A stretch of 63,351 nucleotides of DNA, filler included, from Octopus bimaculoides (Eukaryota): assembly GCF_001194135.2 (NCBI RefSeq). It is 6 parts of 6 records of this genome, joined end to end, with 100 filler letters (N's around TTAATTAATTAA, not from the genome) between each part and the next. Parts side by side here need not be neighbours in the genome. Positions count along the whole stretch, not along the records: positions 35,860 to 49,241 come from NW_026421422.1; 5 more parts are not named here. The stretch is one strand, 5' to 3'. The notes under the pieces are model-generated. The model was not told the origin of the DNA. It worked only from the letters and a program-made list of their open reading frames with translations, and did not search any database. Both the position numbers and the translations under genes were made by a program. Positions 36,609 to 46,891 of the stretch are shown here, in pieces. Numbering within the stretch: the stretch's first letter is position 1; each line of letters starts with the position of its first letter.

Positions 36609-36897
36609 GAGATCGTTGCCAGTGCCGCTGGACTGGCTCCTGTGCAGGTGGCACGTAAAATACACCATTTTGAGCGTGGCCGTCGCGAGTACCGCCTGAC
36701 TGGCCTTCATGCCGGTGGCACGTAAAAGCACCCACTACACTCTCGGAGTGGTTGGCATTAGGAAGGGCATCCAGCTGTAGAAACTCTGCCAAATCAGATT
36801 GGAGCCTGGTGTAGCCATCTGGTTTCACCAGTCCTCAGTCAAATCGTCCAACCCATGCTAGCATGAAAAGCGGACGTTATACGATGATGATGATGAT
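36609..36897 (+). mobile_element. SINE-like family D with RTE-type 3' end and (GAT)n tail
   Basis: GGTTGGCATTAGGAAGGGCATCCAGCTGTAGAAA...CCCATGCTAGCATG...(GAT)n; other copies at 55921, 46687 (minus), 41268 and 60920. Confidence 0.8.
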
Positions 36898-37159
36898 ATA
36901 TATCGATGATAGATATTTATATGGTGGACCCTCCTATTGTAAACAATAGACAGGGGTTCTGCAGTCTCTTGCTGATGAATCGGCACAACAGATTGAAAAG
37001 GGCTTTTTGGAAGGCCTCAACATCAATGAGAAAATGATTTGGTTAAGCAATTTCGGTCAAGATAGAAAAGAATGACACAATCGAGACAAACTTGGAAGTG
37101 CATTGTGACCAGTGGTGTATAACAACATCTGGTGGTCTGGTCAATACTGTGATACTATA

Positions 37160-37400
37160 TGTAAATGTGTTGTTAGGATGGTGTTGTAGTGTTGTGAGAT
37201 GTTGTAGGTATGAGTGGGAGAGACTGTTGTTAGGATGGTGTTGTGGAGTGTTGTAATAGCGCTGTGGAGTATTGTGAGGATGGCATTGTAGTGGTGTTGT
37301 GGGAATAGCGTTTTAGTGTTGTGGGGTGTTGTTAGGATGGTGTTGTAGAAGTATGTGAACAAAAATGGAGAGATAGTTGTTAGGATGGTGGTGTAGAATT
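37160..37400. repeat. Degenerate minisatellite (GTTGTTAGGATGGTGTTGT core)
   Basis: Core recurs four or more times in the intron. Confidence 0.8.
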
Positions 37401-37610
37401 CTCTGTATTTAGAAAATGACAAAACCTTACTTCATGTGGCTCTTGGTTACCCTTACTGAGGGGGGAAAAAAAAAGCAGGATGGCCACATGCGGAAACTCT
37501 TATACTCATAAGGGTGTCTATTAGGGATGCCCCCAAGTCTAAAGAGTAACAACTGTTATTATTGTGGCATAAAGGCATGAGCATCACAACATCTCGTTTT
37601 TGTTTTCCAG

Positions 37611-37729
37611 ATTGAAATACTGAAGTCTGAGATTGTCTATCTTCACATGCAGAACGAGAATCTTAAGTCTCGGTTGGATGCACTTGTGAATGGTGACGTG
37701 AAAGATGAGGAGGCACACCCTAACAAAAG
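37611..37729 (+). CDS. Internal exon of the same gene
   Basis: Acceptor TCGTTTTTGTTTTCCAG, donor AG/GTAACT; phase 0-2; IEILKSEIVYLHMQNENLKSRLDALVNGDVKDEEAHPNK. Confidence 0.88.
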
Positions 37730-37779
37730 GTAACTACTTCTGCTTTACATTATTATTATTTTTTTTTTTTTTATTCTTT

Positions 37780-38215
37780 CACTTGTTTCAGTTGTTTGAC
37801 TGCGGCCATGCTGGAGCACCATCTTGAAGGATTTTAAGTTGAACAAATCAACCCCAGGACCTATTCTGTTGCTCACTTTTGCCAAACTGATAAGTTACAG
37901 GAACATAAACACACATCAACACTAGTACTTATTCTATCGGCCTCTTTTGCCGAACCGCTAAGTTACGGGTACATAAACACACCAGCATCGGTTGTCAAGT
38001 GATGTTGGAGAGACAAACACAGACACACAAACATATACACACACACATATACGACAGGCTAGGCTTCTTTCAGTTTCCGTGTACTAAATCCACTCACAAG
38101 GCTTTGGTCGGCCCGAGGCTATAGTAGAAGACACTTGCCCAAGGTGCCACGCAGTGGGAATGAACCCGGAACCATGTGGTTCATAAGCAAGCTACTTGCC
38201 ACACAGCCACTCCTG
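37780..38215 (-). mobile_element. SINE family C, near full length
   Basis: Both 5' CORE-like part and 3' half present in reverse orientation. Confidence 0.9.
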
Positions 38216-38778
38216 CGCCTATCCATATATACGATGGGCTTCTTACAGTTTCTNNNNNNNNNNNNNNNNNNNNNNNNNNNNNNNNNNNNNNNNNNNNNNN
38301 NNNNNNNNNNNNNNNNNNNNNNNNNNNNNNNNNNNNNNNNNNNNNNNNNNNNNNNNNNNNNNNNNNNNNNNNNNNNNNNNNNNNNNNNNNNNNNNNNNNN
38401 NNNNNNNNNNNNNNNNNNNNNNNNNNNNNNNNNNNNNNNNNNNNNNNNNNNNNNNNNNNNNNNNNNNNNNNNNNNNNNNNNNNNNNNNNNNNNNNNNNNN
38501 NNNNNNNNNNNNNNNNNNNNNNNNNNNNNNNNNNNNNNNNNNNNNNNNNNNNNNNNNNNNNNNNNNNNNNNNNNNNNNNNNNNNNNNNNNNNNNNNNNNN
38601 NNNNNNNNNNNNNNNNNNNNNNNNNNNNNNNNNNNNNNNNNNNNNNNNNNNNNNNNNNNNNNNNNNNNNNNNNNNNNNNNNNNNNNNNNNNNNNNNNNNN
38701 NNNNNNNNNNNNNNNNNNNNNNNNNNNNNNNNNNNNNNNNNNNNNNNNNNNNNNNNNNNNNNGGTTCCATCTGTTCAG

Positions 38779-38947
38779 CTCTTTGATTCCAAAGCCGTTT
38801 CTCTTCGACGGGCCGCTGAAAATGGCCACCTTCCTGCTTGTCGTCCCTGACTACACTCTGTGGCGCCGGTTTGCCGGCACCTTTTCCCTCAGCACCTACT
38901 CTCTCTTCTACACGACTGTGCTTATGGAAACCATGTCTGCTTTTTAA
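38779..38947 (+). CDS. Candidate terminal exon of the coiled-coil gene
   Basis: Acceptor TTCCATCTGTTCAG at a gap edge. Direct phase-2 join gives SSLIPKPFLFDGPLKMATFLLVVPDYTLWRRFAGTFSLSTYSLFYTTVLMETMSAF*; the phase-0 reading LFDSKAVSLRRAAENGHLPACRP* (stop 38850) would need an exon hidden in the gap. Confidence 0.5.
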
Positions 38948-39000
38948 GCATTTCGTTTATAATACTTCTGGAACTTTCTACTAGTTTGTGTGCGTGTGTG

Positions 39001-39578
39001 TGTTGTTGCTTAGACCCTGGTCAGTATCCTGATCTCCAGCAGGCTTATGACCAAAGATGCTCCAGCTGTGACCATCCTGTCTTTTATTCAGACATCGTGT
39101 ATCTAGGACTACATTAACTAATGTATCTTTTTTTTTGTTGTTGTTGTTGTTTAACCCTAGGTCAGTCCTGATCCAGTAGACCTATGATCAAAGATGTTCC
39201 AGCTGTGACCATCCTGTCTTTTATTCAACCATAGTGTATCTAGGACTACATTATCTAATGTGTCCTTCCTTGTTGTTGTTGTTGTTGTTGTTTAGCCCCA
39301 GGTCAGTACTGATCCAGTCAGGCCTATGATCAAAGACGTTCCAGTTGTGACCATCCTGTCTTTTTGTATCTAGGACTACATTATATACTTTACCCTTCCT
39401 TGTTGTTTAGCACAAGGCAGTTCTGAACCAGCTGCGCCATGATCAAAGACGCTCCAGAAGTGACCATCCTGTCTTTCAATGAGGCATAGATTATCTGGGT
39501 GTACATTATCTAATGTCTTCTTCCTCCCCTTGTTGTTTAGCCTTAAGTCAACTGATAAAGTAGACCGCTGATCATATA
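39001..39578. repeat. Tandem array of ~130-bp units (4 plus a partial)
   Basis: GTGACCATCCTGTCTTT occurs in each of four units; units are delimited by (TGT)n. Confidence 0.92.
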
Positions 39579-40194
39579 TAAGTGGAGTAACCCTAACCCT
39601 AGCCCTTTCATAGTGATACCTGCATATCTTTTATATGATAAACCCAATAACAGAAGTAGGGTAACATTGTATGATTGACCCTGTGACAATTGGGTTAACA
39701 TGCTAACACTACATTCCTCCACACACCTTTTGCGGTGATATTTAGACGCTTACACATCATCTGTGTAATTGACCTATAACTGAAGTAGGGTAACATGCAG
39801 CATCGTCACTCACCCCTTTTCATTGTTACCTATACATACCTTTTCTCTGGTTGATTCAGTGACAGAACCAGGTTAACACAAAGATTGACCCCCCCCATAA
39901 GAGAAATGGGATAACATACTAGCAACACATTCCCCACACTTTTCACAGTGATACCTCACATATCTCCTGTCTCGTTAACCCAATGATTATTTGGATAACA
40001 CCCTAACCACATATTCCCCCACTTTTTTACATATAGTGGCACATGTGACCTCTGTATAATTGGCCTAGTGATAATGTAGCAAACTCATAAGAGGTGGAGA
40101 GAGAACTTAAGTTCGTTTGCCCGAACACGAGAAATTATGGATTTCTCATTGGTTGAAAATTACCATTCTATGCAGCTATTTTTATTTTCCATAA

Positions 40195-40870
40195 TATTAA
40201 ATAGACCTGGTGTTCTATATAACTTGTTCTATAGTGTTCTGTGCTGTTATACAGAGCTAGTGTTTTATTCATTTTATAGCTTTGCATTGCTATATAAAAC
40301 TAATGTACTATTTTCTATTGCTATATAGAGCTGCTGTTTTTTTTTGGGGGGGGGGGGATTCCCATATAGAACTGGTGTTCTATGTAACTATTCTGTAGTG
40401 ATGCTCTGTGCTGTTATATAGAACAAGTGTTCTATTTCATATTGCTGTATAGAATGTTCTATGTTGTTTTTTATTCCTATAAGTTATTTTGGTTTTTTTT
40501 TACATTTTCTACTTTTAAATAGAGTACTGGTTCTATGTAACTGTTCTATAATTTTCTGTACTGCTATATAGAACTAGTGTTCTATTTTGTTTTGTTTTGC
40601 TATATAGAACTGATGAACTATTTTCAATTGCTTTATAGAACAAAGCTATTTTACATTTTGTATTGTTGTTGCTGTATAGAATTGGTGTTCTATCTATTTT
40701 GTGTTGTTTTGCTATATAGAACAGGTGCTCTATGTAACTAATCTATACTATTCTATGTAATACCTTTGTCTGTAATGTTCTCTATTATTATATAGAACTA
40801 GTGTTCTATGTAACTCTATTGTAGTGTTATGTAATCTACTTCTATACAGAACTGCTATTCTATATGACTA
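40195..40870. repeat. Degenerate array of palindromic ATAGAACnnGTGTTCTAT units
   Basis: Copies at 40366, 40418, 40568, 40676, 40716 and 40792. Confidence 0.85.
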
Positions 40871-42210
40871 TTCTGCAGTGATATGGGTAACTTTTCCAGG
40901 AAATCCTTCTGTGTTTAAAACATACAGTTAAGTGCTATCTAGCATGCTTAAAGTAGTGAACCACATAACCCCTGGGATTTTCCCCCTGGGTCGCTGTTTT
41001 AAGTCTCCCTAATCAGTGACTGTTCTAAACTGTCAGTCATTCTATGTTCTGGTAACTGTGAGTGTGACGACAGTTAGCCGAGGAAGCTTAATGATACTGA
41101 AACATGTCTAGAATTGTCTCCCCTATGTATGTATGTTTGTGCCCTTTGTATGAACTTTGCATGGTGTGGTTGTTAACGAGCATCACTGTCATACAAATTA
41201 TGTTGATTGTTTCTAGTCCTCCGTGAGAAACTTGTCTGGCCTTGAGAAAATATTACCTTGGAAACAGGTGGGGGGTTGGTGACAGGAAGGGTATCCAGCT
41301 GTAGAAAATCTGCCTCAACAGATTCCATCTGACCCTTGCAAGCATGGAAAAGTGGATGTTATAGTACGATGGCGCCACCCCCAAATATAGGAAGAGGCAT
41401 TTAGATAATATTCATTGTCTCAATTGGTCTCACTTAATATCTTGCTGGGGAGTTTAACCCATTACCTACCAGTGATCTCATATGGGATCACTTAAAAATT
41501 ACAAATTTCGTGATTATCTGTCAATATTTACACATATCTAACCTTTTTCCTATATCTACTAGGTATATTTCTCTGATATTCAAATGAGGTTTGCTAATTT
41601 TTCACCCAATATCTCGCTTATTTCTATTTAAAATGCTATTTTGAAATGTCATTTTGATCATTCCAGCGTGTTTCTAAGGCTGTTTTATGCTAGAAATCAA
41701 AGTTTCATAAAAAGAAAATTCCAGTTAATAGAATTATGGGAGGTAATGGGTTAATAATGATTGCTTCTCATGGGATCCTATGGAAGAGGTGGGGTGCTTG
41801 AACAACTCAGCCCACACAACACCCCCAGAGACAGTGGATGGAGAAAATGGAAGAAAAAACTATTGCAATTAGTAGAGTGGATACTTAGAACATTGGGGAT
41901 ACTAGCCTTCACTGAGTTCTATTCTGGTCTGTTCTTCTCTATATTACCGCTGTTCCATGTGCAGCTTTGTACATGTGGCTGTCGTATGCAGATCTGATGT
42001 TTTTTATATTTAATCAACAGCATAGTGGTCTGTGGTTGGTCAACCTTTGTCATCTGTGTGTGTGTGTGTGTTTTCATGTGAGTTCTTCAAAGTTCATCTT
42101 TGATAAATTGTCTGGAAACATTCAATTCAAATAATAAAGTTGGATTGTTACAATGTCTTGGCCTCTATATTTCTCTCTATCTCTCAGAAATATCAATGTA
42201 TGTGTGTGTA

Positions 42211-42280
<70 letters not shown>

Positions 42281-42292
42281 TGTGTGTTTCTA

Positions 42293-42323
<31 letters not shown>

Positions 42324-42347
42324 GTATATTATGCACACATTCACTCA

Positions 42348-42500
42348 AATAAGCACATGTGGTTAGGAAGCTTGCTTCCCAGCTACATGGTTTCAGGTTC
42401 AGTCCCACCGCGTGGCACCTTGGGCAAGTGTCTTCTGCTATAGCCCCGGGCCGACCGAAGCCTTGTGATTGAATTTGATAGGCGGAAGTTACTGCCGCAT
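42348..42500 (+). mobile_element. SINE family C 5' part
   Basis: GGTTAGGAAGCTTGCTTCCC...GGCACCTTGGGCAAGTGTCTT. Confidence 0.88.
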
Positions 42501-42685
42501 GTGTATATGTCTGTGTATGTATGTCCTTGTGCCTCTCTGAAAGAGAGAGAGAGAGAGGGTGCAAAACAAGGTGGAAAAAATAGTACTCGACTACCAAAAC
42601 TAGAGTAACATACTATTTCATTAAAACCAAAAAATGCCTTCACAAACTGTTATTCAGTTTTACTTGACCGTTCATCAGACATTTG

Positions 42686-43249
42686 GGATCTATTTTAAAA
42701 CGGGGGCCACATTTTTCATTAATGTTTTACGTAGTGTTTTTGGTACGGAAAGACTTTCAAACTTCGTATACTTATCTATTTTGTGTTATAGAACAGAAAA
42801 ATATTTTTGTATTCGAATTTATTTCATGTAAAAAATGTCTTATTTCGATAATTTCAACCAATCACTGACAAGTATTCAGTTGTTTACATTTACTCCTTTG
42901 GCTGATTAAGCGTATTTAATCTCCATACCTTCGTTTTATTTGCTTTTTTCATTTTAAATTTGCTTTAACCCTAACCCTAACCATAGGGTTAGGGTTAGGG
43001 TTAGGGTTAATTGTTTCAGAATCGTTTGTTTATGTAGTCAGCACTTAATGTATATCGGCTGAATGGACGTCAGTGATTGGTTGAAATTACAGAAATACGA
43101 CAACTTTAAACATGGAATAACTTATGGATTTCTTTTTTTTTTAAGAAGACTAAGAGAAAAAGATGTTTTATATGACACATTCTACCAGTGTTCCAAGTTT
43201 CAAAGTGTTTCGTTAATGAAAAATGTGGCCCCCGTTTTAAAAAAGATCC
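42686..43249. mobile_element. Non-autonomous DNA transposon (MITE), 564 bp, 8-bp TSD, Merlin-like termini
   Basis: Perfect TSD GACATTTG (42678-85, 43250-57); ~36-bp TIR GGATCT(A/T)TTTTAAAACGGGGGCCACATTTTTCATTAA; internal 20-bp inverted repeat and central (CCCTAA)/(TTAGGG) palindrome. Superfamily is inference. Confidence 0.88.
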
Positions 43250-43694
43250 GACATTTGTGATAAAACATATTACTATGTTGGGCAAAAGAGACCAATAGCA
43301 TAAGTACTGGGCTTTAAAAATATTTACTGGAGTCAATTCATTCGACTAAAATCCTTCGAGGCAGTGCTCCAGTATGGCCACAGTCCAATGACTGAGATAA
43401 GTACAAAGAAGATATACCCACACACACACACTGATAAATATTCTTAACGGTGTGACTTGAAATGGATAAAGCTATAGATAATATCATGTAAATATTTTGT
43501 TAAAAAACGTTTTGGATGGAATAAAGTTGAGGGCTGCCTGTCCTTTTTTTTCTATCCAAGGGGTTTGTTAATCCAATGTTTATGTACTACGATTTATAGC
43601 ATTATGTACTTCAAGTTACACCATTACAATTATATATATATATATATTATAGTGTAAGAATTAAAAAAACAAAGATGAGGTAAAAAAAAATAAA

Positions 43695-43957
43695 CAACAG
43701 TGTATTAGGTTTACGCTCAGGAAAAATAGAAGGGAAAGCCTTCTACATTTCAAGCTGATGCTCTTCTACAGAAGGGAAAGACAAGGAGAATTTTAAAAAA
43801 TGGAGAGAGACAAAAGCAAGCCTATCTCAGTTGGACAATTACCGCATGCTGAAATGACTGGAAGAGGAGGAAGTTGCTAGTGGCAGTGGCTTGAGTGGCA
43901 AAGGGGAGATAGCTGTGTAGCTAATGTGTGCATGTCTACTGTGTGTTTATGCATGTG

Positions 43958-44002
<45 letters not shown>

Positions 44003-44490
44003 CACATGCATGTGTTTATATATGGGTATATATGCAGTGTGTGCCATAAGTCAGTCAGGTCTTTCACATTTGAAAGCTGTGTAAACTGAGCAGCAATTCT
44101 GGTTGCTCTCTATTTGGTCCCTGAAAGCATTGAAAGCTATCTGTTCCTGTCGTTGGAAGAGAATCTCCAGTCTGGTACAGCACCAAGGCATTATCTGGCC
44201 CCTGTTTGACCAGTGGCCAACGCCTTACTGCCAGTTCTCCTTCCCTCTCTTTCTCTCGGCGCAGTTGGCTTCACCCTCACCCCTCTGCCTGCGCACACCC
44301 TCACTCCTACAAAACCGAAAGATCCCCCCATGTTTTGGAAGGTAAGTGAATATATTTTCAGTCGTTAACCTTCCATCTCATCTCATCTGATACCCTGTCC
44401 CCCTCTCTCTGTCCTCTAAAATCAGCATGCCAACCCACAGACTCATCTGTCTGTGGGTCCCTCTCTCTTCCTTCCGATGTTGCTTCTATG
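43695..44490. mobile_element. Penelope-like fragments (tentative)
   Basis: 43695-43790 is a minus-strand homolog of 30560-30665; the rest is only weakly suggestive. Confidence 0.35.
44265..44341 (+). other. Candidate 77-nt exon
   Basis: Strong acceptor TTCTCCTTCCCTCTCTTTCTCTCGGCGCAG and donor AAG/GTAAGT; all three frames open. Confidence 0.35.
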
Positions 44491-45669
44491 AAAAATTCCG
44501 GATTGTAAAGACCAATGAAACAACCCTGTTAACCCACTGGGCCAACAAGTAAATTTATCTTACTGAGGGTTGAAATTCATATTGTATTACCCCACCATCT
44601 GTTATCCCAGGTTAAAATCAAATCTTTGCTTCTTCAGGGTTAAAAAACAATATTTATTACCCCACTGGTCAAACATAGTTACCCCAATTTTGGATTAAAC
44701 AAATTGTTACCCCAAAGTTGAAGCAATGTCCCCCCCCCCCATGTTTCTACAAAATATTTTTCCCCCCCAAAGGCACAGTCAAAATGTTTGTTATCATAGT
44801 GAGTCAATATTTCTATGTTCCTAGGATAACAAGTTTCATTTCATAAAACTTGTTACCCCAGGAGTGAAGCAAAATCTTTAGTATCCCAGATAAAACTTGA
44901 TTCCCCGTTAACCCAGTTTTGAAACATAATTTCTCTTGCTCCAGTATGGCAAAAACATACCATTACTATTGCCAACAGCTTTACAGTTGTGAGGGTCAAC
45001 AGCTATTCTATTTTGGGGGCCAACATCTACTATATACTATAGGACAACATATACGATGGTTATAGTCAGCATCTGTATTATTGTTTGGGTCAACATCTGT
45101 ACTATTGTTAGAATCAACATTTGTTCCTATTAAATGTTAGGCTAATTGCTCTGCTATTGTTAGGGCTAACTGCTATGCTATTAAAGTATTACTCCTGAAC
45201 TGGGACAGTGCTCTCTGATAGCAAACATTTTCCATGTTGCAACCAGGCTAACCATCTTGGAGGGTCAACATTTGATTGACCATTCCCTCGTCCAGAACCA
45301 GTTGTTTCAACCTCAACACCTCTCTCGGTATTCATAGAGCCAACAACACCTCCCGAACTCCTGTGGCCCCTCCAAGTCCTTAGCATTATTACTGAACCTA
45401 TTAAATATACCATTGTTTGTTTGTTGTTGTTGTTGTTGGGTTAACCAGTTCCTAGCACGTTCTGGAATGATGTAGCTCTCTAGACTACTAAATGCATCCT
45501 CGTTTGTTTAGTAACCCCCTTTTTTTTCTCATCGACTATTGAAAATGGCCCTTGTACAAACAACTCCTGCTGGTGCATATCCCTCCATCTTTCTCTTTCC
45601 CCCTCTCTTCCCAGTTCCTGACAGACACCCCCTGTTGCCTGAAGAAAATAGGTCCTTAGATACATTACC

Positions 45670-46310
45670 CTGTTACATGTCCCAGCTGTTTCAGGAAGTC
45701 AAACCCTTCTTGCAAGCATTGCACAGACCCTTTTATAAAACCTTGATGCTACTAGAAATTAGGGCTCTTCCTACGTGCAACACATCATCCCCTGTTATCA
45801 CACACACTAAACCCTTCTGACATGTATCACACAGTCCCTGTTACTACCGAAAGTTTAGACCCTTTCTACATAAATTACACGGACCCTTTTTTTTCTATAA
45901 AATACCAGGCCCTTCCTACATCATCTTCTGAACCCTTTTACCAACAAATCCGTTTCCACAAGAAACTAGGCCCTTCTTATATGTATCACACAGTCCCTGT
46001 TACTACCGAAAGTCAAACTCTTACTACATAAATTACATGGACCCTTTTCCTGTAAAACACTAGGCCCATCTTACATGTATCCCACAGTCCTTGTTAATGC
46101 AGAAAGTTAAACTGTTTCTATATAAATTACATGGCCCCTTTTTTTTATAAAATGCTAGGCCCTTCCTACATCACCCAAAAGACCCTTTTATAAAAACATT
46201 CTTGTTGCCACAAGAAGCTAGGCTCTTCTTACATGTATCAAACAGTCCCTATCCCTACAAAAGGGTATGTCTTTTCTACATAAATTATATGTCCCATTTT
46301 TTTTCCCATG
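45670..46310. repeat. Degenerate tandem array, ~95-160-bp units
   Basis: 33-bp identical block ATGTATCACACAGTCCCTGTTACTACCGAAAGT at 45822 and 45981; related starts at ~46075 and ~46233. Confidence 0.88.
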
Positions 46311-46686
46311 AAATACCTTCAGTTAAACATGTATAACCCTTTAGCATTTGGATTATCCTGTTTAATGTAATCCTTATTTATTCACGTTGTTTTTCAGTTA
46401 ACCTTGCATTATCTCAGAACTTTGAGATTTCATGCATACTATTCTTTAGTTCTGAGCGACATTGTAGGGTAGGTGTGAAAGGCTAGATCTGGCCAGTTTG
46501 AACTTAAAAGAGGCAGGATATTTGGGTGGGATATAGCTGGTTTTTTTTTGGTTTTTTTCAAGGCTTGAGCACCTATTTCGAGAAAATAGCTTCGAATCGA
46601 TTTGTGGTCATCGGATATTCTTTTGTGGATGAAGACTTCTACTTTCTACCATTTGCAACGCATCAGCGCATGCCTGTTGACCACAT

Positions 46687-46891
46687 ATCATCATCATCAT
46701 CATCGTTGTCGTTTAACGTCCGCTTTCCATGCTAGCATGGGTTGGACGATTTGACTGAGGACTGGTGAAACCGGATGGCAACACCAGGCTCCAATCTGAT
46801 TTGGCAGAGTTTCTAATATATATATATATATATCATCATCATCATTGTTTAACGTCCGCTTTCCATGCTAGCATGGGTTGGACGATTTGAC
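46687..46891 (-). mobile_element. SINE-like family D 3' end (two partial copies)
   Basis: (CAT)n then TTTAACGTCCGCTTTCCATGCTAGCATGGGTTGGACG, twice. Confidence 0.8.

Noticed and set aside
39001-39578. CRISPR array or hammerhead retrozyme array
   Set aside because: Eukaryotic context, no unique spacers or cas genes; no CTGANGA...GAAA core found on either strand.
41761-41997. 78-aa ORF with basic-then-hydrophobic tail, AATAAA at ~42134
   Set aside because: Weak acceptor and several equally plausible frames; could be 3' UTR.
42966-43008. Possible chromosome end-to-end fusion scar
   Set aside because: Orientation is (CCCTAA)n then (TTAGGG)n, opposite to a fusion signature, and it lies inside a TSD-flanked MITE.
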